Below are positions 15,001 to 27,000 of a DNA stretch of 64,000 bases, one piece after another. Both the position numbers and the translations under genes were made by a program. The notes below the pieces were generated by a model. It had not been told where the DNA came from. It ran no database searches and saw nothing but the letters and a program-made list of their open reading frames with translations. The DNA lies in NCBI GenBank assembly GCA_049643885.1, contig JBARQV010000033.1:75229-139228 (forward strand). The letters are read 5' to 3'. Every line of letters begins with the position of its first letter. Within the stretch, counting starts at the first letter, position 1. Source of the stretch: Candidatus Omnitrophota bacterium. GTDB lineage: Bacteria > Omnitrophota > Gorgyraeia > Tantalellales > Tantalellaceae.

Positions 15001-18000
15001 GTCAAGAGTGACGACAGTTCACTGCACGAAGCGGCCGCAAAGCATATAGCCAGGCTTGATCCTTTAGAAGCATTAAGCAGCCTTGAAAAACATTTAACTC
15101 ATGAAGGCCCGTCAGTTCGATCGGTAGCCGTTAACTTATATAAAGAACGGGCGCTGAAATACCTGTCTTCCGGACCTGTTCCATCCGCTGCCCCGCGTAT
15201 TGTGCGAGTGCTGGCTGATGCCGGCGTCAAGGATGAAGATACGGTAAGCAGGTTGAAGACAGCTGTCTTGTCCATTCTGGATACGCAGCCCGAAACCATG
15301 GTCATCATCGACCTGGTTGCGGCGCTGAAGGGCAATTACGATCCTGTTTTTGATGCTGTGATGGAAAGGATCGAGAGATCTGATTTTTCGCAGCTTTTCC
15401 CGCATCTGGTAAATGCGACAAGTAGTCCGAAAGAGGACATCCGGCACGGCGCTGTTCTGATCCTGGGCAGGTTCCGCGAAGAAAAAGTGATAGCTTTGCT
15501 GGAAAGGATCATAGGCAGAGAAGACCCCGGCAGTCTCGTCCATATAACGGCGATGGAAACGCTGGAGTGGAGCCTGATCGATCTTATATGCGCTCATCCT
15601 GATTCACCCGATACTGAACGTTACAAAGGGCTTCTTTTTGCCTACGGAAATGAAGACACTGTAAAGAAATTGAGATCAAGGCTTGCCGATCTTAAAGAGG
15701 AGTTAAGTCCCGGGCTCTTGAAGATACTGGATGAACTGCAAAAAGCGCTTCACAAAAAGATCGATCCGGGCCTTGAAACTTTCGGCTCCTTTATGTTACT
15801 GCCGCTTGCGTCCGCATCCATGTACGGAGGCGCGCATTATCTGATGATTTTCCTGGCGTATGTCCTGTATGGTGCTGTCATAGCCGGCGTCGGCGTCGCG
15901 ACATACATGTATCTTTTGAAGCGTTATTGTCCCGATGAATATAGGTATTTGACGGACAGATGGGATGATCTAAAAGTCGGATCGTCCCTCAGAAAACAGT
16001 TATGGCAGCAGCTCCGGCAGGAGGAAGGATGGAAAGGAGTCCTGAAGCTTGAATGGCCAAGATTCAAGGCGTCCATGAGAAGGTCCGGGCGCTGGATCGT
16101 TCTAAGGTTCTCCCTGATCGTGTCATATTTTAACCGGGGAAGTTCGAGCCTCCAGGCAAGGGTCCGCCTGCGCGCCATAAGAGAGCTTGTTGAATATTTA
16201 CTGACAGATGAGAATTACGTTGTAAGAAGGAAGGCGATCGAGAGAATAGGCGATCAAGCCGGATTGCTGGATAAAGACGTTTCTTTGGGTGATGATTTTA
16301 TAAGAGTTTTACTTGATGAAAAAATAATAAGGTCTCCCGAATCTACCGTCCGCATAGCGGCGGTAAAGGCCTTAGACAAACTCAGCCGGGGATGGAAAAA
16401 CTGGCTGGGTATGCCTGACAGCCTCAGGGATCCCATGATCGGCGAGCTTGAAACAAGCTTGTCCGACAAAGAACCTGAGGTCCGCAAAGTTGCCTGGAAA
16501 GTCCTTCGTGATCTGAACGAGGAAGATGAAGGACTTATCCGGGCCTTGACCGAAGCTTTAAAGAGCGATGATGTCTCGGTCAGGAGAGACGCGATAGCCA
16601 TGATCATGAAAGTAAAAGAAAATGAAGGCGCGATCAAGCCCCTGCTTGAGCGCTTGACAGATCCAAACCGTCAAGTCCGTCTTGATGCGGCCGGGACAGT
16701 ATGTAATCTTACGCATAAAATAGCGGAGACGCAAGAAGAAGCCGCGGCAGTGGAGAGAGTAAAGGATATATTAATGAACAACGACGAAGTCGCCCGTGAC
16801 GCGGAATTCCGCGAGATCGCAGTAAATATCCTTGGTAATATCGGATACATCAGCCCTGTCAGGCTTCTGAAGGTCACCTTGCTAGACGAAAGCTGGCGCG
16901 TCCGGCGCAATTCGGCCGAAGCCCTGGGGCGGATAGCCAAATGTTTGATAAAGACGCCGATGGGACAAGACATCGCCGAGGTCGGTTATATTATCACCTA
17001 CTTGACCGAAGCCTTGAACGATAAGAACAGGCTGGTCCGCAAGGCCGCGGCCGACACGCTTCTGTCCATGGATTATCCGGCGATGGTGAAAGCAGGGATC
17101 GTCCCGTCGCAGTTCGAGCAGGCAAAGCTGGACAGAATCCTGAGAGGATACATTTTTGCCGCTGACAAAAAATGGGAAGACCTGGGCTGGCTGGGAGAAG
17201 ATGCCGTTCCGGCGCTAATAGGTGAACTTAACGATGAACATGATCCGGCAAGGCAGAAAGCGGCAAGGAGCCTGGGCGATATGGCGATTCCCGATCCTGT
17301 TCTAAATAATAATGCCGTGGAAGCGTTGTTAAAACGCTTAGCGGGAGAGGATGATCCATACGTTCACGCGGTATACATACACGCTTTGGGTAAACTGGGC
17401 GATACGAGGGCCCTGGAACCGTTGAGGAACATATTGCTCTCGGACGAGCGCCCCTTCATGCGCATGGTAAGCATAGAAGCGCTCGGGATACTCGGTTCTC
17501 AGCTAGAGGAAAACTCGATCGAAAAAGGATTCATTTACAAGACATTGATCGCGCGGCTGTATATCGATAAGGGCACTCCGCTTATTAGTCCAATGGTGTG
17601 GACTTTAAGCAAAATGGGCGGCCCCAACGTAGTAGAGTTATTGATCACGACCTTAAAAGGCAAAAATCCGGAAGGGGAAAACGGCCCGGACTGTATGGCT
17701 GCCGTGACAGTCCTGGGTAACCTGGCCGGCGAAATCAAAAAAGACCGCGAGCCGAAAGAAAGAACGATAAAAACTCTGCTTCCTTTCCTTTCGAGTGGGA
17801 ACGCCGAACTGCGTGATGCCGCGGCGAATGTCCTGTCATCCCTCGGGACGACGGATGAACGGTTGGCGATGGGGTATGCCGAAGCCCTGAAAAGTAAATA
17901 TTCCGCCGCCCGCAAGAACGCCGCGTATGTCCTGGGCGTTCTGGCCTATTCATTGGGGCCGGATGCGGTGGAGAGAAAGGAAGTCATCAAGGCCCTGCTT

Positions 18001-21000
18001 GAAATTTTGGCCGGGGACCCGGACATGGATGCCCGCATGGCGGCCTTTTATTCGGTGAACAAGCTGGAAGCTACGTATAAACAACAGGCCCGGGCATACA
18101 TCAAACAGGTGCATAATGAGAATATGGAGATCCGCCGCCATGCCGTGAAGTCGCTGGCTTCTTATGCCGGTATCTTGAAAAGCCCGAGAGCGGTAGCGTA
18201 TGCATTGATGGAGGCCATGGCAGACCCGGAAGCTGATATTCGCCAGACCGCTGCTGAAGGGCTCCGCAAGAGAACGGAAAGTTTCGATGATCCGGAACCC
18301 GAGACAGTATTATATTCTAACCTTTATCACGGGAATATCGATGCGGTTGTCGCCGCGGGGAAAGGAAACGTGGACTTTCTTATCGAAGTTCTGGATTCCG
18401 GCCCCAAGACCCGCAAGTCGGCGATCCAGGCTTTGGGGGGGATTTGCCAGACGTTAAGCCGGGATCCCGAAGATGTTCCGGTAAGAGAAAAGATAGTTTC
18501 GGTCTTGAACGAGGTCGAAACACAGACCGATCAGGATACGATATATCGTGAACACGCGGTTTATGAATTGAGCCAGATCGCGCCGGCCGAGTCTATCCCC
18601 AATATGATCGATGCCTTGAAGGACGCGAATGACTATATCCGCCAGACTGCGGCTATAACACTCGGCAATATAGGTGATGCCAAGACGGTCGAGCCGCTGA
18701 TAGAAGCTTATGAAGCTGAAGGGCAGCAGGCCCAGATCCGCAGGGAAATAGTCCATGCCCTTGCGAAGATAGGCGGGGGCAAGGCAGTGAACGCGGTGGT
18801 AAAGGCTTTAAAAGACGGGGCTATAGGTGTTCGTAAGGTTGCGGCCAGGGACCTGGGCACAATAGCGGCAAAGACCGGCAACGTAAAAGCCATGGTCTAT
18901 AGCAGCCTCTTCAGCGGTGAAGAGAACTGGATCATCAGGATCCTTGTAGGTAAACAGATCATTCACGGCTTGATCGATATTTTAGAAAAAGGGGAACTTC
19001 CTGTCCGGTTAGATGCAATGGAGCATTTAAAGGAAAGAGCGATCGATTTCGCGGAGGATGTTCTCTTCAGCGGGGAGGCCGATCCTGCCACGCTCAAGTG
19101 TTGGAAGATACTGAACGACGAACTTATACGGACTTTGCAGGACCATAAGAGGATCAAGGATGAGATCGAGGCAATGCAAGAAGCGGAGAAAACAGCTAAA
19201 GGCGTGCAGGAGATAAAAGAGACGAAAGAGGAAGAAATAAAGAAACAGATGGGGCGGATCGCCGAAGATACTTTAAAAGAGATAAATGAAATGTTTAAAG
19301 AAAATGCTGAGGCGAAAGAAAGGTTAGAAAAAGCTTTAGCTGAGAAGCCCCAGGAAATAGGCAATATCAGGGATGAAGCGATGGTTCTTTATGACGCCAT
19401 GGATTCGGGCCCGGAAGTCGGGGAAAACGCGAAAAACATCATGTGCCAGATGCTTTCCACTTTGAAAAGGATCCCCAAGTACAGAGGCGTTTTATTTGAA
19501 TTTCGGAGAGATCTCATCACTTGTTTAGCCGTAGTTTTCAAAAGTGACTCTAAAATGATGCGCGACAGCATGGCGGAGCTGTTTAAAGATGTGGATGACG
19601 GTATGGCGCAATTTTACAGGGAACTATACGTAGCTGAAAAAACGGATTGGATCATCGAGAAAATAAAAAGCGAGTCAAGGGAACGAAGAGCTGTGACATA
19701 TCTTTTTCTTATTTCTTCCCTGAACATATGCCCGGAGATACAAAAAACGGCAGCTAGTATTTTGAGCCGGACAATACAGTATTTCAGAAGGGATCCCGTT
19801 TGTATATCTCGCATATTTTCAAGCTTGGTCGAACTTTTTGAAAAAGGCCAGGACGGCGATGCCCGGGCCGCGGCTGCCAGTTCCCTGGGCGAGATCATGC
19901 TTTATCTTGAGAGCGCGCCTGAGGCAAGAAATGCGCTGGAGAAGGAGATAAAAGAAGAACTTGAAAGATTTATTGCTGTTTCAGGAGATCCGCAAGAAGA
20001 CGGCAAGGTCCGCGCTGCGGCAGCCGAAACGCTTGGGCATATAAGTCCCGTTTTGAAGAGGTATCCGGAAATAAAAGACTCCGCGAAAAAAGTTCTGATC
20101 GATACTATAAGGGATGAGGAAGATAACACTGTCAGGGCCGGATTAGCGAAAGGTCTGGGCCGTCTTGGAGATCCCAAGGCGATCCCGGTACTGCTGTATG
20201 TTTATGGATTGCTGGAGGAGTTTAAAAAGAAGGCGGATGACGTAGGTTCAAGGGGGGCGATAATGCTGGCACTGGGGCAGACGGGTTCTTGCCTGAAAGA
20301 ACCTTTGAGGGACGAGATCAAAGAGATACTGCTGGGCATTGATGTTCCGAAAAAAGAAAAAGGAACATGGGAACAGGAAGTTAAAGGATTAGGCAAGTCA
20401 GTTGATACCGGGGCGATCAGGTTTTTGAAGGAAATTCTGGAAACAGAAGAAAATGAAAGTGTTAAAGCGTCCGCAAATAAGGCTATAAAGCAAATAGAAG
20501 CCGCACTAAAAGAAAACAAAAGATTTATCGATATTGTTATCGCCATGCTCCACAAGGGGCTCAAAGACGCCGAAGTTTCAGTAAGGGAGAACGCTGTCGA
20601 GGGATTGGGCCAGATATGTTTGAGGATGCCCGATATAGGCCGAAAGGAAACGCCGTTTCTTCTCCGGGCGATGAGGGACAAGGACAGGTACGTCCGCGGT
20701 GCGGGCGCCAAGGTCTTGCGCCAGAGCGGCGCCAGTGCTCTGGTTGAAAAAGCCTATCCCGAGCGTGAGGTTTTACTTGCTTATGAGATCGTTGCGAAAA
20801 AAGCTCCCAGTATTGGGGGAACATTTACCGCGACACACCTTGGAGTCGCGGCCGGATTGATATCGGCAAGAGAGATAGACCGAAAAGCCTTTCTTGAACA
20901 GGAATTGATCGCCTTGGGCTCAAATTCAATTCCGGCTTTAAAAGACGTATTCGAGGAAAGGCAGCTGGATGACCCCTTTATTTTGACCGCGGCAAATGTT

Positions 21001-24000
21001 TTTGCCATAATAGAGGATCCAAAGACGATACCTATAATGGTCAAGGGTTTTCCATACGTTAACGAGATGGGACAGCTGGGTATAATCGGCGCTCTTGCTT
21101 CTCTTGGCAGCAAGGGAGCCGTAAAATTCATGTCCAAAACCATATTGAGTTCGGCGAATTCAAAGATGCGCGCCATGGCGGCTTTGGAATTGATCACGCG
21201 AGCAGAGTGTGACGACAAAGAGAAGATCTTGGGATCCTTCTTTGGGCCCACTTGCGACAATATCCTCATGGCCTATACTTCCGCTGAACAGGTCAGGGAA
21301 AACGGAGGCCAGTCCATATCTTTAAAGGCTATCATAAAATCCAAAGAAGAAGCCCTAACGAAGGCGAGGGAAGCGAAGCGCCGGGCCGCGATATGGGAGA
21401 AAACCAGGGAACTGGCCGCGGAACAAGGAAAATTAGATAGAGCGGAGAAGGGGCTCAAAGAAAATACGGCAAGATTGATCGTCTTGGGCGAGGACGCCGT
21501 CCCCGCGTTGATACCTCAGCTGAAAGAGGAGAGGGAAGCTATTATGCGCATCGTGGTCGAGATCCTGAGCAAAATAGGAAGCACTAAAGCGATAATACCT
21601 TTAAGCAGAGTTCTGCCGAAAGTCAAGAACCCCGAGATCCAGCTATTGGCCATAGAGACGCTTGAGAAACTTGGCTCTTCGCTGCTCCAGACAAGGGCGG
21701 AGGAAGACGCGAAGAGCAAAGGAAAGATACCCCGCGCTTTGAGGGAAGTATGGAAGTTCATAGCCGGCATTTTTACCGGGATCTTTCACGAGACAGGTTC
21801 ATTCCTTGAATGGATACCCAAAGGCAAGAAGCCCAAAGACCCGAAGAAGACCGCGTTTTTGTCGAAAAAGAGGATCGTTTACTGGGGCAGAAGTTTACGC
21901 TGGAGGATCGTGGATAAGATCAATAATGCGGGCCGTTCCTTGAAAAGGGATCCGTTGAGGGTGGAAGCCGATATGTTGATCGGCACCCTGACCTCAAAGG
22001 ATGAAAAAGCCCTTGATCTCGCGTCGGGGGCATTGGACAACTTACGCATCCCACTAAGGAAGATCATCAATGGTGAGATCAAGGCTTTCAACGAGAGTCC
22101 GCATCCGACGGCGCGGAAGTTCGCGGCGGAACTTTTGTGTGATTACGCTCTTACTGAGGGCGCCGGGCGCTGGGCAAAATTCAGAATAAGAAATCTTTTG
22201 TTCCGGGGTTTAAGTGATGAAAATCTGGACGTGATCGAAGCTTCCCACAAGTCACTGATTAAACTGGGTGTCGCGCCTGAAAGAATTGCGCGAGCCGAGA
22301 TAAGCGCTTTCTCAAATCCACACGCGAAGGCCAGGAAGTTCGCGGTGGAATTTTTGTCCAGGTACATAACGCCGAAAAAATCCGAAGAAGCCGGGGAAGC
22401 GGAAGACGGTAAAAAGTCCGAAGAAAAACTGGAAAGAAAGATAATTGCGATCCTGTTTGACGCTTCAAGGGATATAGACGCCGGTGTCAGGCGGTCTGCT
22501 TCAAACGCGTTGGGTAAACTTGGTCTCACGGGTGAACATCGAATAGAGGATCTAAAGGAAATATGCGGACGAAGCGGCGCAAAGAGCGGCAAAGCGGCAA
22601 GAGCTCTTGTTTACAGTTTATACGACCCCTACGGGGAAGTCGTAGAATTTGCAATGGAAAAATTAAAATCTCCCACGGCCAAAAAGGCAGTTCCGTATCT
22701 GGCAGCTGTCTTATCTGACGAGAGCGCGCCGTTTGTCCGCCTGGCGGCCGCTACGATCCTCGGTGATATCGGCGATACAAAAGCGATCGAGTCATTGCGT
22801 AAGCGTCTTTCGGACAGCGACGTGAAGGTCCGCCGGACTGCATACGAGTCCCTGGCCTTGCTGGATGAGCCGAAAGGACTTATAGAGGCGCTTGTCAGGC
22901 TGCTTGTCAAGACTCCGGAATTAGATGAAAAAGTCCGGAATGATGCCTTGGCATTCCTGGGCGAGATCGCTTCTAATATGGGAAGGGAAGCTCAGGAAGT
23001 GCAGGACGGAATAAACATGTTGGTTAAAGCTTCGTCCGAGACGGTAATGGAGATGCCCCTTTACAGCGCGGTAATAGAGGCCATGAATCAGCTAGGGGCT
23101 TCACAGGAACAATTCATTACTGTTATCAACGGAGCCTTAAACAGCTTTGACGGTAACGTCCGGCAGGCTGCCGCTGAACACCTCGCGGGCATAAATGCTC
23201 CAAGCGTAGAACGGGAAGGCCGTACTGAAGAGCACCGGGAAGCCCAGGATCAGGAAGTTCAGGACCAGGGGACGGTTGAGCTCGGCGGTTTTGCCTTTAT
23301 GCCTTTTGTCCTGGCTGCCGGAGAATTGCGTACCGGGGTTTTATTATGGATTGCGATCGTAAGCATAATTTTACCCGTAGTTTGGGCGATAGTTTTACGT
23401 CATCAAATAAAACAGTGGTGGGGAAAGAGCGGAAGGCCGGGATTATCGGCAGCATGGACGTGGATAAAGGAATGGCGTCCATACAGGGTCAAGCTTTGGT
23501 TCTGGAATGCGATGTCCCATGCCGCGCAGCCATCTTTCAGGGCTGCTGCCATCAGGCGTCTGGGCATATACAGAGGAAAGGTAGACGCGAAGAGATGCGA
23601 TCTGATAGATAGGAGACTTATGGCCTGCCTGTTTGATAATAGGTTCCCTGGGGGTATTGTGGAAGCCATGGAGATCTTGAAAAATATAGGAAACGAACAA
23701 ATGGCAAGATCCCTCGTTGTTATACTTCATGGCGAGGAGGAAGCATCGACCCGCCAGGCCGCGGTAGAAATACTGAGCGAAATAGTGAAAGCCGGAAAGA
23801 TAAAAGATCCTGCTTTTCAAAGATCGGCCAAGGAAACCATGTTTCTCCTCTTACGTGACGATCCCGATACGGATGTTCGCGCGGAAGCCAGTGTTGCCGC
23901 CAGACATCTCGGAGCTACTAATGACCAGATCATCGAAGCGTATATATTAGCTTTAAAGAGCAAGCATGCGGAAGCCCGTAAGGTAGCAGTAATGAACCTT

Positions 24001-27000
24001 GCCGGTCTTGGCGCGAAACACGCAAAAGCCAAAATACTCCGGCTGATTTCCGGGGAAGAGGACGATGAAGTTCTGAACGCCGCTGTTGATGCGGTACGCA
24101 AGCTCGGTGCCAGTGAGGAAGAGATCGGCGCGGCAAGGCTTAGAAGCATTGCCTCTGAGATGAGTGAGCATTTTGGGGAGTCGTGGATAGCGAAAGGAGA
24201 ACCATCCGCGGAGGAGCAGCCTAAAGTTGCGGCCGAAGCAATTACAAAAGCGCAGCCCGCGGCAAGCGCCGAAAAAGCCGCTGTCGAACAGGCGCAAAAA
24301 GCACCCCCGAGAGAAGGCAGGGGATTCAGTGCCTGGCTGGCCGGCACCTGGTTAGGCCGTTTTGGGTTATGGATAGGACGTAAGGTAAAAATACAATGGA
24401 TGCTGATCATGCCTATGAGCGGACAGCCAAAGAAGAGGATAGCCGCTGTCAGATACCTGGCCAAGTACGGCGTTAAACGTGAAAAGATATTGAAAATTAT
24501 CACTAAATACATGGGCGATCCGGACCTGGATGTCGCCGCGGCTGTAATGGAAGTTTTGAGTAAGCCCGAGAATAAAGAAGCCGTTCCATTCCTTATTGGA
24601 GCGTTGGCTGATAAAGATCATATGGTCCGTCTTAGAGCGGTCGCTTCCCTGGGTGCTTTGGGCGCGAAAGAGGCTATAAGGTCTTTACTTGGATGTTTAG
24701 CTGACGAAAACGAAAAAGTCCGCGCAATAGCATACCGGGTTCTTACTGCTAGTCTGAATGCCCCGGATGAGTTCCTTGTGCCGAAACTTGTCAGCCTTAC
24801 AAAGCACCGTGACGCGGGCATCAGAAAGGATGCTATAAAATTCCTGGGAAAACGCGCTTCGGTGCTGGGCAAGGATTCATCTGATGTGCAAAAAGCCATA
24901 AATGATCTGAGTGTCAGGTGTTACAACCGTAAATTATCCGGTGATGAATACAATACAGTCGTAGAAGCTTTTCACGTACTGCCCATTACGCGGGACCAGC
25001 TGGTCAGTGCCATGCTGGCAGCTATCGGAAGCAGCGATGAAAATGTCTGTGTTGCTGCTTTAAATGTTTTAGGGGATTACGGTACTTCTTTCAAAGCGAG
25101 GGATGCCATTGTCCAGATAATACAAAAGGAGGAGCCATCGAGCAGAAAGCACCAGGCGGCACAGGTTGCACTATCGAAAATAACTGCGCGCGAAACCGGA
25201 AGAGCCGACGACCATGATATATTTGACCAGGGTGAAAACGGTTCTACTACTCTCCATTCTTTCGATCTATTCGCTATGGGAACAATGTTGGCTGCCTTGT
25301 CCTCCGTGCATTGGACTATATTGTCGTTTATTGTGATCAGCATCTTAGGTGGTCTTGTAACGTATTTTATCCTCGCCTGGAAGAAAGCGTTTGTTCGTGA
25401 TGCGCCGGACAAATACGCCGCGGCAAAACCGGAACGGCCGGAAGTCAGGTTTATGGGAACGGAATCTCAGACCATAAAGGCTTTCAGGGCGAAAGCTCGC
25501 AGGGCAAAAGATACCGCCACAACCTTAATGAGTGTTTACTGGGAGACGGGCTCTATCGCCGATTCTCACGGTAATGTCGCGAGAGTAAAGCAGCTTGTAA
25601 AGGCTCTGGTAAAGCGGGGAGCCAAGAGGATCGTTCTCCTGGGCGATTATATCGACCGGGATGTTAGAAGCCGGGAACTTCTTGAATATGTAAAATGGCT
25701 CATGGATGGAACCGCTCCCGAGCTTGAAGGAAATAAAATAGAGATCGTGCCCCTTATGGGGAACCATGAGCTTATGTTCATATATGCAATGTTGGGCAAC
25801 CATTTAGCGTTCGATTGGTGGGTCGACAACGGCGGGGATAAAACGCTTGAAAGATTCGGGATCACAAGAGAGATGGTCTTTAGAGAGTTGATGGCGGAAG
25901 GCGAAGTCCCGTCAGGGCAGGAAACAAAGAAGAGGATGTATGAAAAGGCTTTGAAAAACACTGAACTCAGGGAATTAGCAAATTGGATGCGGATGAACTT
26001 CAGATTGAGTTACCTGGATGAAAGGAAGGTACTTTACCTTCACGCCGGTATTAACGTTAATGATAGAGGATTGCCGGACCTGAGGTATGGGAACAAGCAC
26101 AATCTGGAAGCGCTTGAAAAGATGCAAGAAGACCTGCGGTCGGCGGAGAAAAAAGAGGACATCAAGAAGATCTTCAGTGAACTTTCCGATGACTCTTCCC
26201 CGCTCTTTTTAAGGGAAGTCCTTTATGGTGAAGGCCTGGTGCCCTGGTATGAATATATAGCCCGGAAAGGGACCGCGGATGAGTTCTGCAGAAAATTAGG
26301 CGTAAGCGCTATCGTGGTCGGCCACGATCCGCAGGAAGGTGAAGCTGTAAATGTCGGCAATCGCATATTCGTTACGGACATCCTGATGCAGAAGCAATAT
26401 TTCCAGGACGTGAAGAGAGACCATGATACAGGGACGAGACCGCTCAATGCCGCTGAGTTAGAAGCGACTCTTGCCGCTTCCGAGCGCGGCAGGGGAGGAT
26501 TCCTACTTATAGGAATTCAGGGTATAGTGGCAGGTGTCGTTAAATTTGCCGTTGAATTAAGCAGGGAACACAGGATGTCCAGGCCCAGGGGCAAAGAGGA
26601 CAAGGATGTAGTCGGTACGTCTTTACTCGTTTCAAGAAAACAGCTTAATACTTTTGTAGCGGAATGCCTGCAGCTACGCAGGAAAAAGGACGCCCAAAAA
26701 CAAACCAGGGCCAGGAGAAAAGCTGCTAAAAAGAATGAGAAAAAGAAAGGAAGGTCCGGTTTGAAAGGAGGCAGGGCTCTCGGCATTCTCCTTTTCTTGA
26801 CGTTTATCTCAAAATCAGCATTTGGTTTTGAGCCGGAAGGCTTGTTCAATAACGCTATTATTTACTCGCCGGAAGCTGCTGCCGTATTCGCGCTTTCAGC
26901 GGCTGTGATCTTTGTGATCGGGATGTATGCCGCCGCTTTCGTTGTGACAGGGGGGCTTGCCCTTATCGGGCTGACTATCGGAGGTATAGGGAAAGGGGCT

